64,000 bases of DNA from Ministeria vibrans ATCC 50519 (Eukaryota; Protista; Filasterea). Shown here one piece after another: positions 1 through 10,549 of this stretch. Both the position numbers and the translations under genes were made by a program. Position 1 is the stretch's first letter. Each line of letters begins with the position of its first letter. The notes beneath the pieces are model-generated. The model worked only from the letters and a program-made list of their open reading frames with translations. It was not told where the DNA came from and searched no databases. Location of the stretch: contig CALSCP010001494.1 in the NCBI GenBank assembly GCA_943704425.1, positions 86,848-150,847 of the forward strand. Reading direction: 5' to 3'.

Positions 1-49
1 AGAGTGATAGAAAGAGTGATAGAGAGAGACGCGTGATCGTCAAAGAGTA

Positions 50-1015
50 GGTGTACCTTCAATGGCCTTTTCGTGCAAGTGTGCGTCAAAGGTGCACTCG
101 TGCACCAGCAAATCGCAGTCCATGGCCACATCCACAATAGCAGACGAGTCGCACGTGTCGCCCAAAAGCACTACCTTCTTGGGAGGCACGGGCGCCTCGA
201 GTACTTGCGATGGGTCGACTGGCGAGCCGTCGGGTGCGCTCACGGGCAGTCCCTTGAGCAACTGACCCACTGCGCGTCCGTCCAGACCAAGTGCTGCCGC
301 TCGCGCCATGTTCACTTTGCCGCGCGCGGGCGCCTCAATCACCACATAGCCATGGCAGGCGGCTCGATGGACAAGAGGACGCGCGTGGACTGTCAGACCC
401 GACAGAGTCAGAGTGTGGTGAGAGCCCACTTCCAATTCGGTGAACTCGAGAGGATACGGAATCCATCCGTCCGTCGCCGTAACCACTGTGCGCACCAGTG
501 CTTCCAATCCAACCGGCCCTACTAAGTGCACGGGCGCAGTGCGTGCTAGTATGTCGTGAAAAGCAAAGAGCAAAATGAACTCAACCCAATCGCGTGTGTG
601 TGTCGCCCACCTGTCTTGAGTCCAAGCGACATCAGCAAGCCAAACACCCCCAGCACATGATCGCCGTGGAGATGCGTGATCAGAATGACATCAATGCGCG
701 ACGCCTTCACCTGCGATGCCTCGTGCTCCAGCTGCTGCTGCGTGCCTGGGAGGGACGAGGACGGTCGTTCGTTCATCACAACAATCACTGACGACGACTT
801 TGTCTTATGCAATCCATTACCCTCGCCGCAATCTAACAGCCACACCCGCCCCGTCTTTAGCACGAGTGCCTGGGATGTCACCTAAAGACGCCGGGCAGCG
901 TTGCAAAGGGCGTCAGTGCGTGGGTAGGGCGGATGGAGTACAGAGGGTTGAGTGTTACATTTCGCCGGCGCTGCGGAACGCCGCCACTCGTGCCGAGAAA
1001 CACGAGACGATCCAT
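50..1015 (-). CDS. ELAC1: Ribonuclease Z (short ELAC1-type tRNase Z), multi-exon; 3' end continues off the left edge
   Basis: Spliced peptide MDRLVFLGTSGGVPQRRRN|VTSQALVL..WLLDCGEG|TQQQL..ILITHLHGDH..LVHRAACHGY..KVVLLGDT..DLLVHECTF; metallo-beta-lactamase HxHxDH motif and exosite; ATG at 1015, GT-AG introns. Confidence 0.9.
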
Positions 1016-1144
1016 TCGTATGAAGCGACACTGATAAGCCGCGTCTTGAAGAGAGAGAGAAAGAAAAAAAGGTATGACTGCAGACCGATCGATCATTGAC
1101 TTGAGTTCGGTGAGCAGTTGAGATTCACAGTTTGTACAAATATT

Positions 1145-2292
1145 TCATTCAGTAAGATCTGCCTTCTTGCGAGCACCGCCCATACGATCACCCTTACGCT
1201 TGCGACTTTTAAACGCCACCACAGGTGCAGAGGGGTCGACGGCAGCAGCGGCACTCTCAGCAGCCACAGGGACCTCTCGCTCGCGAAACTCGATCCGCAG
1301 ACCGCGCGTGCTCCCGTCTGTCCCTGCAATATCGTCAATGTCGCACTTGACAGCCTCGCGTTCCTCACGTAGCCGTGCTTCCTCACGCGCCTCCTCTTCC
1401 TTCGCCTTGCGTGCCCGCGCCTTCTCTGCTGCCGTACCCCCCGCGTCGCTTTCGTCCACAATCCGCACCGAGACTGTGCTCCACTGCCCATACGCCGACT
1501 GCAATAAATTGTGTGTGAGAGTGGCCAATCAGTTCGCGCAGATTCATGCTTACCGCTCCATCGCTCGCCCCATCCCCATGAGCACCATGCTCCTCATCCT
1601 CCTCCTCCCCTCCCTCCTCCTCCTTCTTCACCACCCCAGCTGGCACACCTGCTCGAGCACCCTCGTCCCTTCTCGCTCCCCCCTTCTCCCTTTCCTCCTC
1701 CTCCTCCGCATCTTCCTTTTTCACAGCCATCGACAAGCGTCCTTCCACCTCGGCCGTTCTCCTCCTCGCCTCCGCCGCCTGATCATTCACCGGCACACTA
1801 TTGGCTCCTGTCCCAAACTGAATGCGCACCGGCTTACGTTCCTTCGTCTCCATCACTGCCCCTCCTCCCTTTCCTTCTGCCCCTTCCTCTTTGGGTTTCT
1901 TTGCATCATACAGCTCGGGGTGTGCTTTGATTTCCGCCAGTGCATCCGCGTCCGTCAGTACCTTCTTGCCCTTGAGAAAGCGGTCGACCGACGCAGCCAC
2001 CGTCGCACCGGCTCCCGGTGTATTCGTCCCAAAGCGTGATGGCGTGGGCACCGCGCGCGGCGGCAACACCGGTGGAGGCTTGCGCCCACCTCCCGCTCGC
2101 ACGGCGGGCGTCGGGCCGGCCCCAGCGCCCGTGCGAGGCGCCGCCCCGTGCATGGCAATGTCTTGGCTGTACGCTGCCAGCGCCGCCTACACCCACCCCC
2201 CGCCTTAGCTTACAACGCCCACAGTCCTCCAACACCTACCTGCTCAATCTGGTCCAGGTCCCTTTGCAGCGTCGAGTCCACGCTGGTCTATA

Positions 2293-2384
<92 letters not shown>

Positions 2385-2695
2385 TGTGTGTGTGTGTGTG
2401 AAAAAAAAAACGGAGGTGAAAGATCTTTTGAAAAACGTACATTGAACGTTGCCTTATGTCGAATATCATCCAAGTGGCGTTGCACATTGGACTTGTGTCG
2501 ATCTCCCATATTGTGTTTGTCGCGGCCCTATCCAGCAAGAGAGACATACGAGAGAAAGAGAGAGTGAGTGAGTGAGTGTGTGTGTTGTGTAATGTGTTTT
2601 GCTATGCTTCATCTTCCTACCGATTTGTTGTCTGTCACAAACACTTTGCAGTACTTGCACCATATTTTCCCAATAGACTTCCAATAGGTCGTCAT
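1145..2695 (-). CDS. WBP4: WBP4/FBP21-like U1-type (matrin) zinc-finger spliceosomal protein, multi-exon
   Basis: Exon 1 read by hand: MTTYWKSIGKIWCKYCKVFVTDNKS; next exon HNMGDRHKSNVQRHLDDIR; C-terminal AYGQWSTV..VAFKSRKRK. These match the WBP4 N- and C-terminal motifs; no WW domain seen. Confidence 0.75.
2295..2400. repeat. Compound (GA)n(GT)n microsatellite in an intron
   Basis: Perfect dinucleotide run seen directly. Confidence 0.95.
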
Positions 2696-2924
2696 ATTAA
2701 TTCAATCAGTGGTGTTAGATAAGTGCTGAACGCGAATGGAAAAAGAAAAGTGAAAGTTTTTTTGAATTGATTATTGATTATCTATCTCACTTCATCTGAG
2801 ATAGAGGGAGAAGAAGCGATACTTTTCATCGGTGACCATGAGAAAGAGTAAGACCAGTAAGTGAGTAAGAAATTTCACCTGTGCGTTAAAGTATGGGAAT
2901 TCGGTCCTGTGTATATAAGATTGT

Positions 2925-3092
2925 TTACAAATAGAGACTTGCAGCAAAGACAATGTCGCGCTTGATCTTAGTGATGCCCTCGGCAAACTTGTTCTCTAGC
3001 TCAGTGTTCCCAATGGCCTTCGCCGCCTAAAAGAAGCACAAACACACACGAGTTAAAAATACAGCGCGGGAGAAAAGTTGACGCGCGCGCGC

Positions 3093-3148
<56 letters not shown>

Positions 3149-6100
3149 GCGCGCGTGAGTTGTGATCGTACACGACAAAGCTGGCGCATGAGCTCCTCAA
3201 GACGACGCATACAGCGAATGATGGAGCCCTCAAAAATGTCAGTCATCTTGCAGACGTCGGCAAAGGAGGCCCCGTTGGCCCAGGCAAAGACAACATCCAT
3301 CATGTCAGACCGGAACGACTGCACATACTCCTCCTCGTCCACCTATGCGGTTATGGTTGTGATTATCAGTCTCTCTATCACATTATCTCTCTTGATCACT
3401 TTGCCTCTCTCAATCACTGTGTTTCTTTTTGCCCTCCTCTCTCTCTTGCTCTCTCCTCTCCTCGTACCTTCATTTTGGAGTCGAGGGACACGCGCGCAAT
3501 GCGTCGCGCACTCTCCTGCATCTGTCGCAGTGGCCCTGCTAATTCCTCTTTCAGTCGTGGAACAGTGTCCGACTACACACATATCAAGAGTAAGTAAGCA
3601 TCGCCGCTCGTTGAATTCACCTTCTCCTGGTAGACGAAGCACGAGAGAAGAGACACACACTGCTGGCAAGAAAGCTCGTTGAACACACCATTGAAGATCA
3701 TTTCCGTCAGCAGCAGCTCGTCCGCGCTGCTGATCTCGCACGCCACGCGGCCCTTGAGCTCAATCACGTCTGCAGCCGTCGTGTACCCCAGACGCCGCAG
3801 CACTCGCTTGCGGTTCTTCAGCTCGTCCAATTGCAGCACTGTCATGCTCTGGCGGATCTGTCGTCGCACCTCCTGAAGTGCATTCGACACGCGCAGCTAT
3901 AAACCAATCAAAATCACATCACTGTTAATCGTATCCTCTCTCTCTTCACTTCACTCTCCATCTCTGAGTCATCTTGATACCTTGTCCATAAACTGCTTGT
4001 AGAGGTCGCGAAGGCGCGTGTCCTTGACAATGGGGCGTGAGTGGAGGCGCTTCTCGAGCAGCTCAATCTTCTTGACGGTGCGTTGGAGCTCGGGGTCGCG
4101 AATGGCCATGTCCTCGGTGGGGTCGAGCGAAGGCAAGCCAGCAGGGAAGTTGCGCTGGGCCTCCTCTATGGATTTGAGGACGGCACGGCGATTGTCGTTG
4201 CTCTTGAGGTCCTTGGGGAAGTAGATGCGCACGGCGGACAGGGCGCGGAACATTTCGAGGGTGCAGGGAACGACGGTCATGGTGTGATTGTCGTCGCCGT
4301 CATCGCGAGTCCACGGCCGTGGCGTGCTCGTTGCCGTCCCAGATGAGCTCTCGCGCACACATTTAAGCAATACCTCCACCACAAAGACCATGTCGGACCC
4401 ATTCAGTCGCGCGCCTCCCCCGCCCGCACCTGCCACGGGTCGCCGTTGGAAGTTGACCACACAGCCCCAGCCCCAGTCTTCACTCTCCGCCGTCTCATTC
4501 AAAGGTGCGCCGGCCGTCGTTTTGGCAATGCGCACGAGTCGTCCAGGCTGCAGAAACGCCTTGACGTGTTCCTCGCGCATGACGATGGCACGCAGTGCAT
4601 TAGACAGACGGTCCAGTTCGGTGCGCAGTTGATGGTACTCTTGCAGCGCCGTCTCTTCGTCAATCTGAGTAGCTCGCAGCTCCGCCTCGAGCACCGCAGC
4701 GGACTCGCGCAGCGCAGGGATAGCCACGTTGTTCTGGTATTGAAAGAAGCTGCGCTGCAACATGTACTCGGGGTTGATCTCCTCGACACGCAGCAGATTA
4801 AGCACCATGTTGTACGTGAGACGGAATGCCGACGTTAGTGCGTCTGCTTGGCCCTTCAGCAGAGCCTTCCCAACCGCAGGTTCCATCTAAGTCAGACAGA
4901 AAAAAAGTGACAACGGAAGTGAGAGTGATCTCAACACAGATTCACTGAGTGCATTACGGTACCTTTGAGTCAAGCATGAGAATGACAATGCCGCGCTCGT
5001 CGAGTCCTCTGCGACCCGCTCGTCCACTCATCTGAATGTACTCTCCACTCGATACCCATCGGAAATCTTGTCCATCAAACTTGCGCACATTGGTAAACAC
5101 AACTGTTTTCGCAGGCTGGGTAGGCGCGAAGAGAGAAGAGAACGGGAGTGAGTAAAAGGGAGAGAGAAAAAGAGAGAAGGGGGAGGGAGAAAAAAACAAA
5201 GTGATAGAGAGGGAGAAAGAAACAAAGTGATAGAGAGAGAAGGGAGAAAGAAAAGAAATTCAGATGAGAGGGAAGGCAGGGAAAAGAACCCAAGTGATAG
5301 AGGAGGTAGGGAGAAGGAACAAAAAGACAGAGATTTAGGAAAGTACAAAACACTACTTCGTTGTACCATATTCAGACCCATCGCAAAGGTCTCAGTTGCA
5401 AACAGTGCCTTGATCAGTCCCTCCGAGAACAGAATCTCAATGGTCTACACCAACCAAACGACAATCAATCACACACACACACATACAAATTCGCCAAAAT
5501 CGCACACACCTCCTTGAGCAAGGGCAAGAGTCCGCCATGATGAATTCCAATGCCCCGTCGTAGCAAGGGCAAGATGTTGTCGACCTGCGGGAGCTTCTTG
5601 TCCTCGGCCGACAGCGAGTCGGTTGCGTTGCGGAACACCTCGTCAACGAGTGCTTTCTCTTGCGCTGTGTTGAAATCCAGGCGACTCATCTGCAGTGCAT
5701 ACGTTTCGCAGTCCTTTTTGCTAAAGCTGAACACAATCACAGGCTAAAAAAAANNNNNNNNCCGTGCATCCTGACCTCCTGCGTTGATCTGACCGCCTAC
5801 GTCTGCTGTTGCGTACCCGCCAAAGTACAACACCGAGTTGCCGTTGGGCTGCACAAATATGTCGAGCGCTAAGACCAATGGCACGATGAGCATGATGATC
5901 ATTAGTATAATATTATTATTATTATCAATGACGTTAAAATCTAGTACCGCGCGGAGTCACGGAGGAGAAGTAGGTACGGCCCCATACGAATGAGCCATCG
6001 TTTGTCGTGTAGCACGCAATAAAGGCCCCTGGTCCGCCCGAGTACAGTGATCCGGAATTGGTAGTGCCCTGGATGAAATAGGGAGAGATACGACTTAGAT

Positions 6101-7671
6101 CCACTTGCCCCAGAGCGTTGACGGCCACCAAAAACCCATCGTTGAGTGTAGTAATGCCATCCGTTGTTGTGCCGCCGTCAAAGTTGCCCACATAAAACAT
6201 GGTCAGTCCGTCGAAAGCACAAGATTATTCGCAGTTGTTTTTCGTTTTATATAATGTTTGTTTTGTTCTATTCCCTTTTATTAATAATTAATTTATAAAT
6301 TTACTATTATTTTTTGTATTATTTTTACTATAATTATCTATAATTATGATACAATTAGCTTGGGAAATCGACATACGCGATCGCGTCATAAGGCTCCATC
6401 ATCTGTTGGTCGAGTGACGCATAGGCATTGGACTCATTTTGCTTTTGAATTTGTGCGTAGAGATCGCTGGTGGAAGTCATTGGAATCATGTCGGACACCT
6501 GCGAGAGGGAAAGGCTGGACGAGTCGCGCTGGAGGAGAGTGCTTGCAATATGTTGGCTAGTCTCAAACTGCTGCTTGTAGCGTTTGCGGCGCCTTAGGAG
6601 GAGCAGGAGAAGCAAAAGCAAGAGGAGGATGAGGATTGCGCCAATAATGACGCCGTAGAGTACGCCGTCGGGAAGACTAGCCGTCCCACCCACAACATTG
6701 ACTACAATCTGGCTGCTTGTGGTTTCCGCCGCTGCATCAGTCGCGTCGGTCGCTAGAGGAACAACATTCGCTGATGTTGCAGTGTCTGCACCAGCAGCGG
6801 CCGAGTCGGTGACTCCTGCAGCATCAACAACCGCCGAGTCGGTGACTCCTGCAGCACCAACAACCGCCGAGTCGGTGACTCCTGCAGCACCAGCAACCTC
6901 AATGGGTGTTGTGGAAGCGCACGGAGTCATCCAGCGCTTCAAAGGCAACGGCCAGGCGCACTCAGAGGTCATTGTGGGCACTGCGACAAGCAACACGACT
7001 GCTATTGCCAATCTTCAGGTTGATCCACTCAGCGGTACTGTCTACGCTGTTGGCTCGAGCTCCATCGGCTCGCCAGTCACCGGTTCTCAGTGGGTCTTGG
7101 CAATAATTTAAGAAACTTGTACCTATGATATTTTTACATGGGCGAAATGTATACGACACAGTCACAGTGTGCTTGAGGGAAAAAGAAGGGGAAAATCGAG
7201 AGCTTTGTATTATGATGATCAACGCAAGGGAGAAAAAAAAAACAAAGTGTGTGAGAGAGCGAGCGAGAATTGTAGTTCGGTCAAGGGGAGTCTTCGTCGT
7301 CGTACTCGTCGTCGTCGTCGCCACTGCCCGCTGGGGATGCATCGAGGGCAGGGGATGCGGCGCCCGAGGTGCCACCAAGCTAGGAAAAGAGGACATAGAT
7401 GGTCATTCGAGTGATGGGCGTGACAACTTGGGAGTAGGTTTGGGGTTAGGGTTAACACTTGTCATCAAGGTTAGGGTTAGGGTTACGATTAGCGTCAGGG
7501 TTCCAGCGTCATTGTGCGTGTCTCTTACAATTGCTGCGCCCATTCGATCAAACAAAAGCGAAAAGTCTCGCACAAGAATCTGACTTTTGCTTTCCCACCG
7601 CTGAAGCACTGACCGGCTTTTCTCTTTTGTCGACAAAAGTGACTGACTCACCTAAAATAAACGTTTTTGTG

Positions 7672-7706
<35 letters not shown>

Positions 7707-9107
7707 ATCCACAAGTGTGCAAAAGGTTGAGAACCTACTGAAATCGTGTCATCGTGCAAAACTCATTCGGACCTGATAAGAACGCTCCATAATGAGTTTG
7801 ACAATCTTTGAAATGTCCGAGTCGGGCCCCTGTTGCTTGCGCTTGGGCCGGCCTTTGCCGGCGCCAGGCCCACCCGAGGATGATCGGGGCGCCGAGTCGT
7901 CTGCGGCAGTCGCAAGGGCGCTCATGGCCTGCGCAAAGTTGTCCTCGCGAAACTCACTATGTTCGTCGACGACCAAGTAGAGCCCACCCGCACCCGACGG
8001 ATGCAAGTAGTGCTGTAGCGGCGTCGGTCGGAAGTCCGTGTAAACGACGTGACAGGGCTGCAAATGCAACTCGCAGATCCACCGCGCAAACTCGCGTGCG
8101 TTGGGAATAGTTGCGCTGAGAAACACATAGTGAACATTGTTGGGCAGCAAAATCATAGTCTCCTCCCACACCACACCGCGCTCCTTGTCCCGCATGTAGT
8201 GCACCTCGTCAAAGATCACCCATGCCACTTCACGCATAATCTCCGAGCCGCGGTACAACATCGACCGCAGAATTTCGGTCGTCATGACGAGAACCGACGC
8301 CGACGGATTGATGGTCACGTCGCCTGTCATCAGACCCACGTCGGAGAATTCTTCGTAGAACTCGCGGTACTTTTGATTGCTCAGAGCTTTGATAGGCGTC
8401 GTGTACACCACTCGCTGGTGGTCGCGCAGCGACATTGCAATCGCTACAGAAAAAGTGAATGAGCACACAATACGATGAAGGTCTCAAGAAGCGTTGCACG
8501 AACAAACAGGGCGCTCCCTTCCTCGCCGCTGTTAAGCATATTATCACATTCATCACGCCACAATAAAAAGAGACTGCACACAGTGAGACTCACCGTATTC
8601 GGCGACAACCGTCTTTCCTGCACTCGTGTGCGCCGACACGAGCACCGACTCGTTGTGGTTCAGGCACTTGACAGCCTCCTGCTGAAACGGGTCGAGCTGG
8701 AAGGGATACTCCTTCGCCGGCGGCTTGCTCTGGTTGGCCGTCACCTTCCACTCGTGCGTGGCTGTCTCGGCGGGCAGCGCGACTTCGTGGACGCACCGCT
8801 GGGTCGATTCAACGTTCACAATGTGACTCGTGCCCCCCAAAACACACTCGCTCGCGTCCACAGTCACCTCTGTCGCTTCCTCCGCCGTATCCATCGCCTC
8901 ACTGCCCGCAGCAACAGCGATGGCCGAGGCCCCCGGCGCCCCAAGCGCACCAGGAGCGGCGCGCCCACGCTTCTCGTCGCGCGCCGCAACGTTGTCGTCC
9001 TCGTTCTTCCTCTTCGTCCGCTTCTTCGTCTTCTTGCTCTTCTCATCCCCTCTGCTCTGATCCCCGCCCGCCCCACGCGCATCGAACACCTCAAAAAGCT
9101 CGTCCAT
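2925..9107 (-). CDS. MTREX: Exosome RNA helicase MTR4 (Ski2-like DExH), multi-exon
   Basis: [92 protein letters not shown]/arch region, C-terminal [12 protein letters not shown] (stop 2925). Confidence 0.97.
5762..6230 (-). other. Foreign exon fragments of a beta-propeller (SBBP-like repeat) protein inside the MTR4 intron
   Basis: [39 protein letters not shown] and [34 protein letters not shown]; no start or stop; abuts an N-gap. Confidence 0.5.
6355..6920 (-). other. 3' fragment of a single-pass membrane protein (27-bp repeats, TM helix, Tyr-motif tail) inside the MTR4 intron
   Basis: AAGVTDSAV x3, [47 protein letters not shown], stop followed by AT-rich 3' UTR-like DNA. Confidence 0.6.
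7281..7651 (-). other. Two terminal exons resembling the choline-phosphate cytidylyltransferase (PCYT1/CCT) C-terminus, orphaned in the MTR4 intron
   Basis: After tttag: [41 protein letters not shown] (resembles the CCT amphipathic M domain, EEKSIDLIQKWEEKSREFI); last exon [32 protein letters not shown]. Confidence 0.5.
7436..7501 (+). repeat. Degenerate TTAGGG (telomere-like) tract
   Basis: ggggttagggtta...ggttagggttagggttacgattagcgtcagggtt. Confidence 0.6.
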
Positions 9108-9297
9108 TCGATAATAATAAAAAAGAATAAAGACTAAAGTCAAAAAAAAAAAAAAAAAAAAAAAAAATATTCAAGCATTAGTGATCTTATTAAGAGTTCG
9201 TAATGAGTAATCCGAATGCAGATATATTTGCACTCTTAGCCTCTCTATCTCTCCACAACCCCCTATTAACCGCATCGCACGTCCACCCCAGCCCAGC

Positions 9298-9964
9298 ATG
9301 AACGGTCCAAGCGCAGAAGGCAGAGACTTTGATCTGCTGTACAAAATCCTCTTGATTGGCGACACCAACGTCGGAAAGACCTGCTTCCTCTTCCGATACT
9401 GCGACGAGTCCTTTACCGCCACTCACATTTCCACCATTGGCATTGATTTTAAAGTATCTCTTGCACTTTGCTTGAGTGTGTTTGAGAGAGAGAGAGTTAA
9501 AAGAAGGGAGGACTTCCGTCCTCTGCCACGCCCCCTGCGCCTTAGGCGACTCGCCCCCCTAGCCCCCTCGTTGCAACTCCTTTCGTTCTCGTGCCCCTCG
9601 CCTTCCCGCCTCTGCCAGTGCGCCTGCACCCGCACCGCTGTCGAACCCCAACGCACTGTTGTCGCCACGGCACAATTACACCCAGCGCCTCCCTTCCCGC
9701 TCCTGCTCCCTCCCTGTCCATGCACCCCCCCGTCTTATGCGACCCTATGGACACCGTCTCACGCTTGCGCTCCTCCTCAGGTTCGCAATAATTCGCTTCA
9801 TATTAAGACCTCTTTCCTTTCAGGTTCGTACAGTCACCCACAACGGCAAGAAGATCAAACTACAGATTTGGGACACGGCAGGTCAAGAGCGCTTCCGAAC
9901 CATCACTACAGCTTACTACAGAGGCGCCCTTGGCTTCCTCATCCTCTATGACATCACCAACGAA
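9298..9964 (+). CDS. Rab GTPase of the Rab8/Rab3 group; first two exons, remainder lost in the N-gap
   Basis: [29 protein letters not shown]|[40 protein letters not shown]. Confidence 0.92.
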
Positions 9965-10114
9965 GTACCTTTTGTCTCTCTTGCGACCTCTCTCACACAC
10001 CACTTCTCTCTCTCTCTCTCTCAATCACTTTGTTTCTCCCCCCTTTCTCTCTCTCTATCACTTTGTTTCTCCCCCCTTTCTCTCTCTCTCTCTATCACTT
10101 TGTTTCTCCCCCCC

Positions 10115-10472
10115 NNNNNNNNNNNNNNNNNNNNNNNNNNNNNNNNNNNNNNNNNNNNNNNNNNNNNNNNNNNNNNNNNNNNNNNNNNNNNNNNNNNNNN
10201 NNNNNNNNNNNNNNNNNNNNNNNNNNNNNNNNNNNNNNNNNNNNNNNNNNNNNNNNNNNNNNNNNNNNNNNNNNNNNNNNNNNNNNNNNNNNNNNNNNNN
10301 NNNNNNNNNNNNNNNNNNNNNNNNNNNNNNNNNNNNNNNNNNNNNNNNNNNNNNNNNNNNNNNNNNNNNNNNNNNNNNNNNNNNNNNNNNNNNNNNNNNN
10401 NNNNNNNNNNNNNNNNNNNNNNNNNNNNNNNNNNNNNNNNNNNNNNNNNNNNNNNNNNNNNNNNNNNNNNNN
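10115..10472. other. Assembly gap hiding the 3' ends of the Rab gene and the convergent adhesion GPCR
   Basis: N run; both flanking genes are incomplete, so the true gap is probably longer. Confidence 0.9.
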
Positions 10473-10549
10473 GAAAAAAAAAAAAAAAAAAAAAGGTCAG
10501 CGACACTGTCTCTCTGTGTGCAGTGCGCATGTGCGTATGTGTTGACTTA

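Noticed and set aside
2148-2567. ORFs with RERERE, CVCVCV, HTHTHT or LSLSLS runs (also near 29461-29977, 35456-36355, 44516-45230 and 61962-63601)
   Set aside because: Translations of intronic dinucleotide microsatellites or N-gaps, not proteins.
6355-7011. 218-aa ORF as a complete nested gene
   Set aside because: Its 5' third is better explained as antisense of a plus-strand propeller fragment, and it has no credible ATG start.
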